Source: an uncultured virus (IMG/VR IMGVR_UViG_3300027963_000002) (taxonomy: Duplodnaviria > Heunggongvirae > Uroviricota > Caudoviricetes). From it: a stretch of DNA of 64,000 nt. Each line of letters opens with the position of its first letter. The stretch's first letter is position 1. Of the stretch, positions 50,367 to 59,310 are shown piece after piece. The position numbers and the translations under genes are program-made. A model generated the notes under the pieces. The model was not told the DNA's origin and made no database searches. It worked only from the letters and a program-made list of their open reading frames with translations. The stretch lies in IMG/VR virus record IMGVR_UViG_3300027963_000002, one strand, 5' to 3'.

Positions 50367-50993
50367 ATGGCTTATCCAACCGTTTCTGCTCCCTACGGCT
50401 TAGTGCCTGTTAACCGGATCGACTTTATGCCCTATGCTGGGGCTACACGTCTATTGCCAATCGCTAGTACTTATAATACTGCGATTTTCAACGGTGACAT
50501 CGTTATGCTAAAAGGTGGCAATATTATTAAATCAAACGTTACTGTTGATTCAACCACAGACAACACCGCTAATTTGACTTATGGTGTGTTTATGGGTGTT
50601 CAATATGTTAACAGTCAAAGTCAGTTGATTCAGTCGCAATATTACCCCGGTAATGCTGCTGCTACTTCTGCTGTTGCTTATGTTGTTGATGATGCATCTG
50701 CTGCATTTAAAGTAGCTATTACCTATTCTGGTAACACTACAATTACTACAGCTAACTCGTCTATTGTTGGTACGAACCAAACTTTACGTCAAGGTACAGG
50801 ATCCACCACTACTGGTGATTCCGCCGTTTCGCTTATTGCTCCCGTAGTTGGTAGCGGTAACGCAGCAGCAGCACCTGTTCGCGTAGTTGCAGTAGTTCCA
50901 GAAACAGCCTCTAGTGCAAACGCCTACACGGAAGTTATCGTGAAGTTGAATAACCCCCAAATTCTGTTGGCTGCGGCCCAGAATTACGTTTAA
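50367..50993 (+). CDS. Putative capsid decoration protein
   Basis: APYGLVPV, IFNGDIV, GVFMG; immediately upstream of MCP. Confidence 0.6.
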   Translation: MAYPTVSAPYGLVPVNRIDFMPYAGATRLLPIASTYNTAIFNGDIVMLKGGNIIKSNVTVDSTTDNTANLTYGVFMGVQYVNSQSQLIQSQYYPGNAAATSAVAYVVDDASAAFKVAITYSGNTTITTANSSIVGTNQTLRQGTGSTTTGDSAVSLIAPVVGSGNAAAAPVRVVAVVPETASSANAYTEVIVKLNNPQILLAAAQNYV

Positions 50994-51005
50994 GGAGCTA
51001 ATTAA

Positions 51006-51920
51006 ATGGCTATTTCACGCGCACAGCTCCTCAAAGAGCTACTCCCCGGTCTCAACGCTTTGTTTGGTTTAGAATACAAACGCTATGGCGAAGAGCACAA
51101 AGAGATCTACGAAACTGAGAAATCAGAACGTAGTTTTGAAGAAGAAACAAAGCTGTCAGGCTTTAGCGCTGCACCAGTTAAAAACGAAGGCTCTGCCATC
51201 GCTTATGACAATGCACAAGAAGCTTTCACAGCTCGCTACAACCACGAAACCATTGCTTTGGGTTTTTCGATTACTGAAGAAGCAGTCGAAGATAACTTAT
51301 ACGATGCATTATCTGGTCGTTACACCAAAGCCTTAGCTCGTGCTATGGCATACACCAAGCAAGTTAAAGCTGCCGCAATTTTAAACAACGGTTTTACCAA
51401 CTCTAGCCAATATTACGGCGGCGATGGCGTACCTTTGTTTTCAACTGCACATCCTTTAGTTTCTGGTGGTACTAACAGCAACACCCCATCAACTGCCGCT
51501 GACTTGAATGAGACTTCGTTAGAAGCCGCTGTTATTCAAATTGCTGCATGGACTGATGAGCGTGGACTGTTAATTGCCGCTATGCCACGTAAATTAGTTA
51601 TTCCTCCAGCATTGCAATTCGTTGCAACCCGCTTGTTGGAAACTAACCTACGCGTTGGTACTAACGACAATGACATCAATGCCTTGAAAAACAATGGTTC
51701 AATCCCAGAAGGTTACGCAATTAACCACTATCTGACTGACACCAATGGTTGGTTCTTGACAACTGATGTTCCTAACGGCATGAAGCATTTTGAGCGTATG
51801 CCTTTGGCTAACAGCATGGACGGCGATTTCGACACAGGTAACGTACGTTACAAGTCTCGTGAGCGTTATTCGTTTGGTTGGTCAGATCCGCTTGGCATGT
51901 TTGGTTCGCCCGGAGCTTAA
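51006..51920 (+). CDS. Major capsid protein
   Basis: MAISRAQLLKELLPGLNALFG, GGDGVPLFSTAHP, RERYSFGWSDP; strong RBS and terminator. Confidence 0.9.
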   Translation: MAISRAQLLKELLPGLNALFGLEYKRYGEEHKEIYETEKSERSFEEETKLSGFSAAPVKNEGSAIAYDNAQEAFTARYNHETIALGFSITEEAVEDNLYDALSGRYTKALARAMAYTKQVKAAAILNNGFTNSSQYYGGDGVPLFSTAHPLVSGGTNSNTPSTAADLNETSLEAAVIQIAAWTDERGLLIAAMPRKLVIPPALQFVATRLLETNLRVGTNDNDINALKNNGSIPEGYAINHYLTDTNGWFLTTDVPNGMKHFERMPLANSMDGDFDTGNVRYKSRERYSFGWSDPLGMFGSPGA

Positions 51921-51942
51921 GTCTTATATAAGACTAATGAAG

Positions 51943-51970
51943 ACCCCGCTCAAAAGGCGGGGTTTTTCTT
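51943..51970 (+). terminator. Intrinsic terminator after MCP
   Basis: ACCCCGC-7nt-GCGGGGT-TTTTCTT. Confidence 0.75.
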
Positions 51971-52306
51971 TTCTTCAGAATGATGGATTCTGTGGCAGTT
52001 TGCGCATAGTACTATGCACTTTTTAATTTCTTCTTTAGCTTTCTTGTACAAACCTTGTTGGGCTAAGTAATTTACTGATTTATGGTTTGTGCGGTCAACA
52101 TGGTGAAAATCTAATGCTGCTGGGTGGTTAAAACCGCATTTAGTACAAGCAAAGGTTGCTTTAAAAGCTTGCCATTCTATTCGTTTATTTTTTCTATGTT
52201 TAGCATTTGCAACTAAAACTTTTTCTTTATTTTCTGCATAGTGTTTAGCAGAACTTTTTTTAGATGATTCTTTTTTTCTTGGGTCGTTTGGATCTTTATA
52301 AGGCAT
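51950..52306 (-). CDS. HNH endonuclease
   Basis: CTKCG..ALDFHH..KCIVLCANCHRIHH; start taken at MPYKD. Confidence 0.85.
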   Translation of the reverse strand: MPYKDPNDPRKKESSKKSSAKHYAENKEKVLVANAKHRKNKRIEWQAFKATFACTKCGFNHPAALDFHHVDRTNHKSVNYLAQQGLYKKAKEEIKKCIVLCANCHRIHHSEEKKNPAF

Positions 52307-52766
52307 TTTTTGTATATATGGTAGGATGCTTACTATCAAAAGAATAAACTTTAATCTGTCCTCCAGAATACAAATCGACCTGACAGGCCGCCCAACAAGC
52401 GTCTTCGGCTGTATGCCCTAATGACATTCCTGCTAATGCCGCTAAAGTACCACTGCCTAAAGCGTCTTGGGTATGAATTTGCCAAAAACGCAAGTCCTTA
52501 CCAGAAACAAATATACCCGTTTCCGAAAGCAGCATAAAGTCTGCATCATCTGCATCTTTTATAATTGGTACTTTGCCCTTTTTACCTTCCATAAAGTACT
52601 GAACAACTTCTTGAATACTCATCGTACTTCCAGCCCCAGCTAGCCACCCTTGCGGAACCCTATATACTTTATCGCTATTTAATTCTTTAGTATCAGAATC
52701 GTCATCAGAAGTTTGACTATCGGAAACAAGAATCTTTCTTTTAGCATCGCCCACTATAGTAGTCAT
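52296..52766 (-). CDS. Proteasome-beta/HslV-like Ntn peptidase
   Basis: MTTIVG (N-terminal Thr), SDS, DKV, AGAG, GSG, D.YSGG. Confidence 0.7.
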   Translation of the reverse strand: MTTIVGDAKRKILVSDSQTSDDDSDTKELNSDKVYRVPQGWLAGAGSTMSIQEVVQYFMEGKKGKVPIIKDADDADFMLLSETGIFVSGKDLRFWQIHTQDALGSGTLAALAGMSLGHTAEDACWAACQVDLYSGGQIKVYSFDSKHPTIYTKNAL

Positions 52767-52909
52767 TTGGTTGCCATCATCCACAAACCTACATTAGCGC
52801 CAGCGTAACAGATGTAACAGATCAGCATTGGTATGTTTCCCTTAAGACCTTGTTCTACGGCTATGTAAAAATAAATTATGCCAGTTACGATAATAAGCCA
52901 AGCACTCAC
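52763..52909 (-). CDS. Small two-TM membrane protein (48 aa, not in ORF track)
   Basis: MSAWLIIVTGIIYFYIAVEQGLKGNIPMLICYICYAGANVGLWMMATK*, ATGA-coupled. Confidence 0.6.
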   Translation of the reverse strand: MSAWLIIVTGIIYFYIAVEQGLKGNIPMLICYICYAGANVGLWMMATK

Positions 52910-52956
52910 GGCACCCCCACGTATTTATTGGTCTTTGCCTATTTTACCCAATATTC

Positions 52957-52985
52957 TTGCGCATCATTAAAAAAAGTAGTAATAT
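52957..52985 (+). promoter_or_regulatory. Sigma70-like promoter
   Basis: TTGCGC-17nt-TAATAT. Confidence 0.55.
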
Positions 52986-52993
52986 CGTATAAA

Positions 52994-53061
52994 CCGGGAA
53001 AACCGGCTTATCAAACTGTCCCGGCAGACAGCATATTGATTGATAAGCTGATCTTATATGC
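52994..53061 (+). ncRNA. Candidate double-pseudoknot 5'-UTR RNA element
   Basis: Three crossing helices between promoter and RBS. Confidence 0.6.
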
Positions 53062-53075
53062 AAGGACAATTTATC

Positions 53076-53585
53076 ATGACTTTAGCAACTACCTCGTCTT
53101 TATGGCGTTCAACAGGTGGCGATTCTACTCGTACAGCTTATGCTGGCTCAATGGAAATGGTCGCTCAGTTTTACGTCGCCAACTCATCTTCTACTTCTGC
53201 TAATGTAGCAGTTTCAGCTACTAATACGGCTGCAGTTATTCTGCCAGCTAACACGGTTGTTTTGCGTGTAACGATTACTACTGGTTCAACGGGTGCAAAT
53301 TCAGCAGCTAACATAGGGTTTACCCCAATTACTGGCGGCGGCCCCGGACAAGCGATTGCTTTAGGCACTAACGTTCCTGCTGCTTTTACAAGCGCTGCTA
53401 ACGTAGTTGCTCGCACAACTATTAACGTAGGTGGTACAGGCGGCGGCGCTTCTTTAGGCAACGTAGCTAATGCAACTAATTTAATTATTGTTACTTCTGC
53501 TATTGGCGCTGCTGGTGCTGTTGGCGGCCCTGTAACAGGTTTAATTAGTTATTACGTAGCGGACAACGGTCAGCAAAACGTTTAA
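53076..53585 (+). CDS. Putative virion structural protein
   Basis: A/T/N/G-rich beta protein; start after AAGGA. Confidence 0.55.
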   Translation: MTLATTSSLWRSTGGDSTRTAYAGSMEMVAQFYVANSSSTSANVAVSATNTAAVILPANTVVLRVTITTGSTGANSAANIGFTPITGGGPGQAIALGTNVPAAFTSAANVVARTTINVGGTGGGASLGNVANATNLIIVTSAIGAAGAVGGPVTGLISYYVADNGQQNV

Positions 53586-53631
53586 TTAATCTAGGGGGTT
53601 CGCCCCCACTTAAATCTTTAGGAGATTAATT

Positions 53632-53922
53632 ATGGGTATGCAATATGACGTACAAATGGTTCATGCGGATGCAAACGTACAAGCTATTACGGGTCCTGTT
53701 CGGGTAAAAGGTTATCAAGTAGCCTCTGGTGGGGTTGCTGGCGAGATTCAGTTTTGGGATACCGCTTCTAATTCCGCTACTGGCACAGAACGCCTAACAC
53801 TAAATGTCACTACCAATACCGCCGTTATTTCTACATTGATACCGGGCGAAGGTATTCGTTTTAACCTTGGTGTTTATATAAAACTACCAACTAACGCAGC
53901 AGTTACAACATTTTATGGCTAA
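53632..53922 (+). CDS. Putative virion structural protein
   Basis: MQYDV..IPGEGIRF..TFYG. Confidence 0.6.
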   Translation: MGMQYDVQMVHADANVQAITGPVRVKGYQVASGGVAGEIQFWDTASNSATGTERLTLNVTTNTAVISTLIPGEGIRFNLGVYIKLPTNAAVTTFYG

Positions 53923-54172
53923 GAAAAAAGGTCCCTCTCTAGCAATAGGTCGTGGTGAAAAGCTTCCTGTATCTAAGGGGGCTGGGCTAACTGCCAAAGG
54001 CCGTGCAAAGTATAACGCCGCTACTGGATCTAACCTAAAGGCTCCACAGCCCGAAGGTGGTGCTAGGAAGAAGTCGTTCTGCGCCCGTATGTCTGGTATG
54101 CCCGGTCCAATGAAAGACGAGAAGGGTAGACCTACTCGTAAAGCGGCTAGTCTAGCTCGATGGAAATGTTAA
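53915..54172 (+). CDS. Small basic protein
   Basis: GLTAKGRAKYN, RKKSFCARM, SLARWKC. Confidence 0.65.
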   Translation: MAKKKGPSLAIGRGEKLPVSKGAGLTAKGRAKYNAATGSNLKAPQPEGGARKKSFCARMSGMPGPMKDEKGRPTRKAASLARWKC

Positions 54173-54173
54173 A

Positions 54174-54419
54174 ATGAGTATTGACGCAATTGAAACAGCA
54201 AGAGAATTAGCCACCCACGCTAGTAACATTGAACACTTGCAGGAAGATATGGATAAGATGATAAAGGAGATGGCTGAAATTAAAACCACGCTCCAAAACA
54301 TTGAAAAAACCCTGTCTGAAGCTAAGGGTGGATGGAAAACGTTAATGGCTATTGGTGGCTTTATTAGTTTTTTAACTGGTATAGCTGGTTTTATTGCTGG
54401 ATATTGGGGGCAAAAATAA
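54174..54419 (+). CDS. Coiled-coil protein with C-terminal TM helix (holin/XhlA-like)
   Basis: Heptad N-terminus, KGGWKTL + hydrophobic tail. Confidence 0.5.
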   Translation: MSIDAIETARELATHASNIEHLQEDMDKMIKEMAEIKTTLQNIEKTLSEAKGGWKTLMAIGGFISFLTGIAGFIAGYWGQK

Positions 54420-54709
54420 TGCCATCGACATCTAAAAAGCAACACAACTTTATGGCAGCAATTGCGCATAACCCAGCATTTGCAAAGAAGGTAGGAGTTC
54501 CACAGTCCGTGGGACAAGATTTTAACAAAGCCGATAAAGGCAAAACTTTTAAAGAAGGTGGAACTATGAAAAAACCAAATCCTTTTATGGAAATGATTGC
54601 AAAGAAAAAAGAAGCTGCTGGTAAAAAACCAGCTAAAGGTGCTGCAATGCCTATGAAAAAAGGCGGCACAGCTATGAAGAAAATGAATAAAGGCGGAAAG
54701 GCTTGCTAA
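54419..54709 (+). CDS. Small Lys-rich protein
   Basis: MPSTSKKQHNFMAA; xxKGG repeats. Confidence 0.6.
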   Translation: MPSTSKKQHNFMAAIAHNPAFAKKVGVPQSVGQDFNKADKGKTFKEGGTMKKPNPFMEMIAKKKEAAGKKPAKGAAMPMKKGGTAMKKMNKGGKAC

Positions 54710-54711
54710 TT

Positions 54712-54936
54712 ATGAAAAGCGATATGAAAGAAGATACAAAAATGGACAAAGCCCAAGACACGGCTATGATTAAAAAAGCTTTTAAACAGCACGATATGCA
54801 AGAGCATAAAGGCGGTAAAGGTACAACTTTAAAATTAGCCAAAGGCGGATCTGCATCTGCTCGCGCTGATGGTTGCGCTGTTAAAGGCAAAACCAAAGGC
54901 AAAATGATTTCTATGGCTGGCGGCGGGTGCAGCTAA
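54712..54936 (+). CDS. Small Lys-rich protein
   Basis: LAKGG..RADGCAVKGKTKG. Confidence 0.55.
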   Translation: MKSDMKEDTKMDKAQDTAMIKKAFKQHDMQEHKGGKGTTLKLAKGGSASARADGCAVKGKTKGKMISMAGGGCS

Positions 54937-54938
54937 TT

Positions 54939-55178
54939 ATGGCTAAAAACGGCTACGACCAAACGTACGAAAATGATCGCTTGCAAAACGAAGAAGACAA
55001 AGGTCTTCCTAAACGCGCTGCCAAGGCTCTTTTAAATGCAGTAAAACCAAAAGCAACTAAGCCTGATATGGGTGAAACTACTAATCCTATGGGCGACAAG
55101 TATGCTAAAGGCGGTTCTGTATCATCAGCTTCTAAACGTGCAGACGGGTGTTGTATTCGTGGAAAGACAAAAGCATGA
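54939..55178 (+). CDS. Small Lys-rich protein
   Basis: YAKGG..RADGCCIRGKTKA. Confidence 0.55.
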   Translation: MAKNGYDQTYENDRLQNEEDKGLPKRAAKALLNAVKPKATKPDMGETTNPMGDKYAKGGSVSSASKRADGCCIRGKTKA

Positions 55179-55450
55179 GACCTAGTCGTGGTATGGGAGA
55201 CATAATGCCTAGCAAAATGCCGGGCAGAAAAACTATTCATCGTAAAGACAAACCACAAGATGTTGAGATGTTTGCTGAGGGTGGTAAAGTTAATGCTGCT
55301 GGTAATTACACAAAACCAAGTATGCGTAAACGGATTGTTTCTCAAGTTAAAGCTGCTGCAACGCACGGTACTAACGCCGGTCAATGGTCGGCTCGTAAAG
55401 CACAGTTAGTAGCAAAAAAATATAAAGCGGCTGGTGGTGGTTACAAATGA
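55175..55450 (+). CDS. Small basic protein
   Basis: MRPSRGMG, NYTKP, GQWSARKAQL..YKAAGGGYK. Confidence 0.6.
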   Translation: MRPSRGMGDIMPSKMPGRKTIHRKDKPQDVEMFAEGGKVNAAGNYTKPSMRKRIVSQVKAAATHGTNAGQWSARKAQLVAKKYKAAGGGYK

Positions 55451-55698
55451 GCGGATTAGCAAAATCGCAACAATCATTAAAATCTTGGGGCGACCAAAAA
55501 TGGACTACCAAATCGGGCAAGAAATCATCCGAAACGGGCGAGCGGTACTTACCAAAAAAAGCAATTGAGTCACTAAGTTCCCAAGAGTATGCAGCAACTA
55601 CACGTGCTAAACGTGCAGGAAAAGCAAAAGGTAAGCAGTTTGTAGCGCAACCAAAAAGTATTAAAGAAAAAGTAAAACCTTACAGAAAAATAATTTAA
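55447..55698 (+). CDS. Small basic protein
   Basis: SLKSW..QKWTTKSG..GERYLP. Confidence 0.6.
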   Translation: MSGLAKSQQSLKSWGDQKWTTKSGKKSSETGERYLPKKAIESLSSQEYAATTRAKRAGKAKGKQFVAQPKSIKEKVKPYRKII

Positions 55699-55709
55699 AA
55701 GGCTAAAAG

Positions 55710-56462
55710 ATGACCGTAGTTGCTACAGCAACCTTCAATCTTGACTTATCAGAAATTGTCGAAGAAGCATTTGAGCGCTGTGGCTCCGAGCTTAGGACAG
55801 GCTATGATTTGCGTACTGCACGCCGGTCTTTAAATCTTTTGTTTGCCGATTGGGCAAATCGTGGCATTAACATGTGGACTATTGAGCAGGGGCAGATTTC
55901 TCTTGTTCAAGGAACTAATACATATGATTTACCTGTTGATACAGTAGATTTAATTGAGCATGTAATTAGAACCAATCCGGGTGTACAAAACACCCAAGCA
56001 GACTTAACCATTAGCCGTATTTCAGTGGATACATACGCCACCATACCAAACAAGTTACAACAAGCAAGACCTATTCAAGTATGGATTAACCGCCAATCTG
56101 GCGCAACATATGCTGGGGATTCAACTACTACACCCCCTGTTGGTACAGATGCTCCTAAGATAGTTGTGTGGCCTACACCAGACCAAGGTACATCAGCAGC
56201 TCCATACTATACGTTTGTGTACTGGCGTTTGCGTAGAATTCATGACGCTGGTAATGGCGTTAATACAATGGACATACCATTTCGGTTTTTACCCTGTTTA
56301 ATTGCAGGGCTATCATATTATTTAGCTTTAAAAATTCCCGGTGCAGATGCACGGCTGCCAATATTAAAACAGCAGTACGACGAAGCGTGGGACTTGGCTT
56401 CATCAGAAGATCGTGAGAAAGCACCTATTCGGTTTGTTCCACGCAAAATGTTTATTACGTAA
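55710..56462 (+). CDS. Head-tail connector / tail tubular protein
   Basis: EEAFERCG, ARRSLNL..WANRGINMW, WPTPD, PFRFLP. Confidence 0.65.
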   Translation: MTVVATATFNLDLSEIVEEAFERCGSELRTGYDLRTARRSLNLLFADWANRGINMWTIEQGQISLVQGTNTYDLPVDTVDLIEHVIRTNPGVQNTQADLTISRISVDTYATIPNKLQQARPIQVWINRQSGATYAGDSTTTPPVGTDAPKIVVWPTPDQGTSAAPYYTFVYWRLRRIHDAGNGVNTMDIPFRFLPCLIAGLSYYLALKIPGADARLPILKQQYDEAWDLASSEDREKAPIRFVPRKMFIT

Positions 56463-56472
56463 GGACTAATGT

Positions 56473-56895
56473 GTGTCTAATTCTTTTGCTTCCGGTAAAT
56501 GGGCTATATCGCAGTGTGATCGCTGTGGGTTCCGTTATCCGCTTAAAGTATTAAAAACGGAGATTATTAAGACCAAGAAATACGACCTTAAAGTTTGTCC
56601 TCAATGTTGGGATCCAGACCACCCACAGTTACAGTTAGGTATGTACCCAATTGAAGATCCACAGGCTTTAAGAGCACCAAGACCAGATAATACGTATTAC
56701 CAAGCAGGGTATACGGGGTTACAATTGAACCAAAATGCGGGCGCTACAGTGGCAGGTTTTGGCGATCCGACGATGGGTAGCAGGATGATACAGTGGGGTT
56801 GGCGGCCTGTTGGCATGGGATTTGATGGTGGACTAACGCCAAATGATTTGGTAGGATCTGGGCAAGTAGGCAGTGTAACGATTAGCATAACTTAG
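56473..56895 (+). CDS. Structural-module protein with two CxxC motifs
   Basis: CDRCGF..VCPQCWD..HPQL; GTG start. Confidence 0.6.
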   Translation: MSNSFASGKWAISQCDRCGFRYPLKVLKTEIIKTKKYDLKVCPQCWDPDHPQLQLGMYPIEDPQALRAPRPDNTYYQAGYTGLQLNQNAGATVAGFGDPTMGSRMIQWGWRPVGMGFDGGLTPNDLVGSGQVGSVTISIT

Positions 56896-56904
56896 GAGCA
56901 TAAA

Positions 56905-57090
56905 ATGGGATTCAAAAGTGCAGCAGATGGCATTACTAAAAAAGGTCGTACTAAGGGTAAAAACCTTGGTAATTCTGGCCCTAGCGTTGGTTTAGAAAAG
57001 GGCGGCAAAAAAAGCAGCGGCGTTACCAACGAGGCTTTAAAATCACAGGGTCGTAATATGGCTCGTGCAGCTAACCAAAGAGGACGTTAA
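56905..57090 (+). CDS. Small basic protein
   Basis: AADGITKKGRTKG; AGGAG RBS. Confidence 0.55.
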   Translation: MGFKSAADGITKKGRTKGKNLGNSGPSVGLEKGGKKSSGVTNEALKSQGRNMARAANQRGR

Positions 57091-57091
57091 T

Positions 57092-57295
57092 ATGGCTGAA
57101 TATAACCAACCAAAACCGTCAGCAACTGATGAAGCTTCATTAGTTAAAGGTGGTAGCGCTATGGACGAACTTAAGATTGCCGTTGGTGGCATTTCTAAAG
57201 GTGTTAATGCTAAAGGCGTAAAGACTTCAGGCGTTAAGCAACGTGGATCTGGTGCGGCTACTAAAGGCTTTACTTCAAGAGGCCCGATGGCTTAA
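57092..57295 (+). CDS. Small protein
   Basis: RGSGAATKGFTSRGPMA C-terminus. Confidence 0.55.
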   Translation: MAEYNQPKPSATDEASLVKGGSAMDELKIAVGGISKGVNAKGVKTSGVKQRGSGAATKGFTSRGPMA

Positions 57296-57984
57296 TGAAC
57301 TACAACGATCTTTTCTCGCAGGTTCAAGCGTATACGGAGAATCAATTTCCGGCTACGTATCTTGCCAATGGAAGTACAGTCAGCTATACAACGCAGATTA
57401 ATACCTTCATTCAGCAGGCAGAAGCTCGCATCTATAATACGGTGCAGATACCTTCTTTGCGGAAAAACGTTACGGGTAATTGTTCTTCTACCACGACTTA
57501 CTTAGGATGCCCTAACGACTACTTATCTACCTATTCAATGGCGGTTATTGATGGAGATGGGGTTTATGAGTACCTTTTAAATAAGGATGTTAATTTCATT
57601 CGTCAGGCTTACCCAGACCCAACAGCGACAGGACTGCCCCGTTACTACGCTCTTTTTGGCTCTAGACTGAATGATCCTAATGAACTAACTTTCATGCTTG
57701 GCCCAAAACCAGACGCTAATTACGGCGTTGAGCTTCACTATTTCTTTTATCCAGAATCAATTGTTACTGCTGGCACGTCTTGGCTTGGTGATAATTACTC
57801 ACCCGCATTGTTGTATGGGTCTATTTTAGAAGCTTATGTTTATATGAAAGGCGACCCAGATATGATGTTAGCCTATAAAGCCAAGTACGATGAAGCAATG
57901 CAGCAATTAAACCGCTTAGGTACAGGACTTGAAAGAAACGATGCCTATAGAGCAGGCCAAGCTTCAATCAAGGTTAACCCATGA
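57295..57984 (+). CDS. Head-tail adaptor / tail tubular protein A-like
   Basis: FIQQAEARI, GLPRYYA, GPKPD, LLYGSILEA. Confidence 0.65.
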   Translation: MNYNDLFSQVQAYTENQFPATYLANGSTVSYTTQINTFIQQAEARIYNTVQIPSLRKNVTGNCSSTTTYLGCPNDYLSTYSMAVIDGDGVYEYLLNKDVNFIRQAYPDPTATGLPRYYALFGSRLNDPNELTFMLGPKPDANYGVELHYFFYPESIVTAGTSWLGDNYSPALLYGSILEAYVYMKGDPDMMLAYKAKYDEAMQQLNRLGTGLERNDAYRAGQASIKVNP

Positions 57985-58400
57985 AAACTTGTAACGTTTG
58001 CGAAACAGCACGCCCACTATCTGATTTTGGTGTACGTAAAACAGGCCGTATTGGTGATTTAATAATGCCATGTAAGCCATGTAAAGTTCAAGTAAACAGA
58101 CAAAAAAGACGTGCAGACCCTAGGCGTTTCTATGAAATTGAACGTAAAAGCAAATTTAAAACCCAGTATGGGATTACGCCTGAAAAGTATGATGAAATGC
58201 TGGCTGCGCAAAATGGTGGGTGCGCTATTTGTGGGGAAAAAACACCCGGATTGCGTACAAAGAACTTTGCCGTTGATCATTGCCACACAACTGGTAAAGT
58301 AAGAGGTTTACTCTGCACCAAATGCAACAGGGGATTAGGTTTGTTTAACGATAGATCCGATCTGTTAAAATTAGCAACAACTTATTTAATAGGAGCATAG
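57981..58400 (+). CDS. Endonuclease VII-like free-standing endonuclease
   Basis: YGIT..Y..ML..Q...CAIC, VDHCHTTGKVRGLLC..CNRGLG. Confidence 0.85.
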   Translation: MKTCNVCETARPLSDFGVRKTGRIGDLIMPCKPCKVQVNRQKRRADPRRFYEIERKSKFKTQYGITPEKYDEMLAAQNGGCAICGEKTPGLRTKNFAVDHCHTTGKVRGLLCTKCNRGLGLFNDRSDLLKLATTYLIGA

Positions 58401-58401
58401 C

Positions 58402-58836
58402 ATGGCAATTTCACAGGGAATGTGTGATTCGTTCAAGGTACAAATCCTTAGCGGTCAGCAAAATTTAACATCAGGTGCAACACCCGTATATAAGATCGCT
58501 TTGTATACTAGTTCAGCTACTCTATCAAACGCAACAACTGCGTACACGACTTCAAATGAGCAGACTAGCTCTAGCTCAAACTACACCGCTGGTGGTAATA
58601 CACTAACAGTTAGCCAAAGTCCTACCTCTACAGGTAACGTAGCGTTTATGTCGTTCTCGAATAGCTCTTGGACTAATGCGAATATCACAGCTAACGGTGC
58701 GTTGATTTATAACTCTACTGCGAATACTGCTGTTGCGGTCTTGGCTTTTGGTGGCGATAAAACTGCTACTAATGGCACATTTTCGATTATCTTCCCCACC
58801 GCTGATTCTACGAACGCAATTATCCGTATAGCATAG
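58402..58836 (+). CDS. Tail structural protein
   Basis: CDSFK, KIALYTSSA, GALIYN, FGGDKT..FPTA..AIIRIA. Confidence 0.65.
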   Translation: MAISQGMCDSFKVQILSGQQNLTSGATPVYKIALYTSSATLSNATTAYTTSNEQTSSSSNYTAGGNTLTVSQSPTSTGNVAFMSFSNSSWTNANITANGALIYNSTANTAVAVLAFGGDKTATNGTFSIIFPTADSTNAIIRIA

Positions 58837-58845
58837 GAGCTTTAA

Positions 58846-59310
58846 ATGGCTCTTGGGTTATACGATAGGGTTAAAGAAACCAGTAATACTTCTGGTACGG
58901 GGACTATTGTCCTTTTGGGAGCTGTTACAGGCTACCAATCTTTTGCCGTCTTGGGAAATGCAAACACAACTTATTACACGATTGCAGACCAAATCGGAAC
59001 AAACTGGGAAGTTGGAATCGGGACTTACTATACGGGTAACGTCTCTCTCGCCCGCACGACCATTATTTCTTCAAGCAATGCGAATGCAGTAGTTAATTTT
59101 ACTAACGTTACACATGATGTATTTATTACAATGCCCGCAGAGACCTCCGCTTTGGGTGGGGCAGGACAGGCAATTCTAGTAAACCAGACTACGGCAACGG
59201 CAAACTATACGATTGCTACAGGCACAAATGGCTTTTCTGTAGGCCCAATAACAACGGCAAACAACGTATCAGTAACGATTGCTAGCGGACAAAGTTGGAC
59301 GGTAATATGA
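58846..59310 (+). CDS. Tail fibre-associated protein
   Basis: DRVKET..GTGT, WEVGIGT, DVFITMPA. Confidence 0.65.
   Translation: MALGLYDRVKETSNTSGTGTIVLLGAVTGYQSFAVLGNANTTYYTIADQIGTNWEVGIGTYYTGNVSLARTTIISSSNANAVVNFTNVTHDVFITMPAETSALGGAGQAILVNQTTATANYTIATGTNGFSVGPITTANNVSVTIASGQSWTVI

Noticed and set aside
51920..51935. Perfect 16-bp palindrome AGTCTTATATAAGACT after the MCP stop
   Set aside because: Single AT-rich copy with no further support for function
53594..53607. GGGGG-TTCG-CCCCC hairpin as terminator
   Set aside because: No U-tract; more likely a stability or processing hairpin
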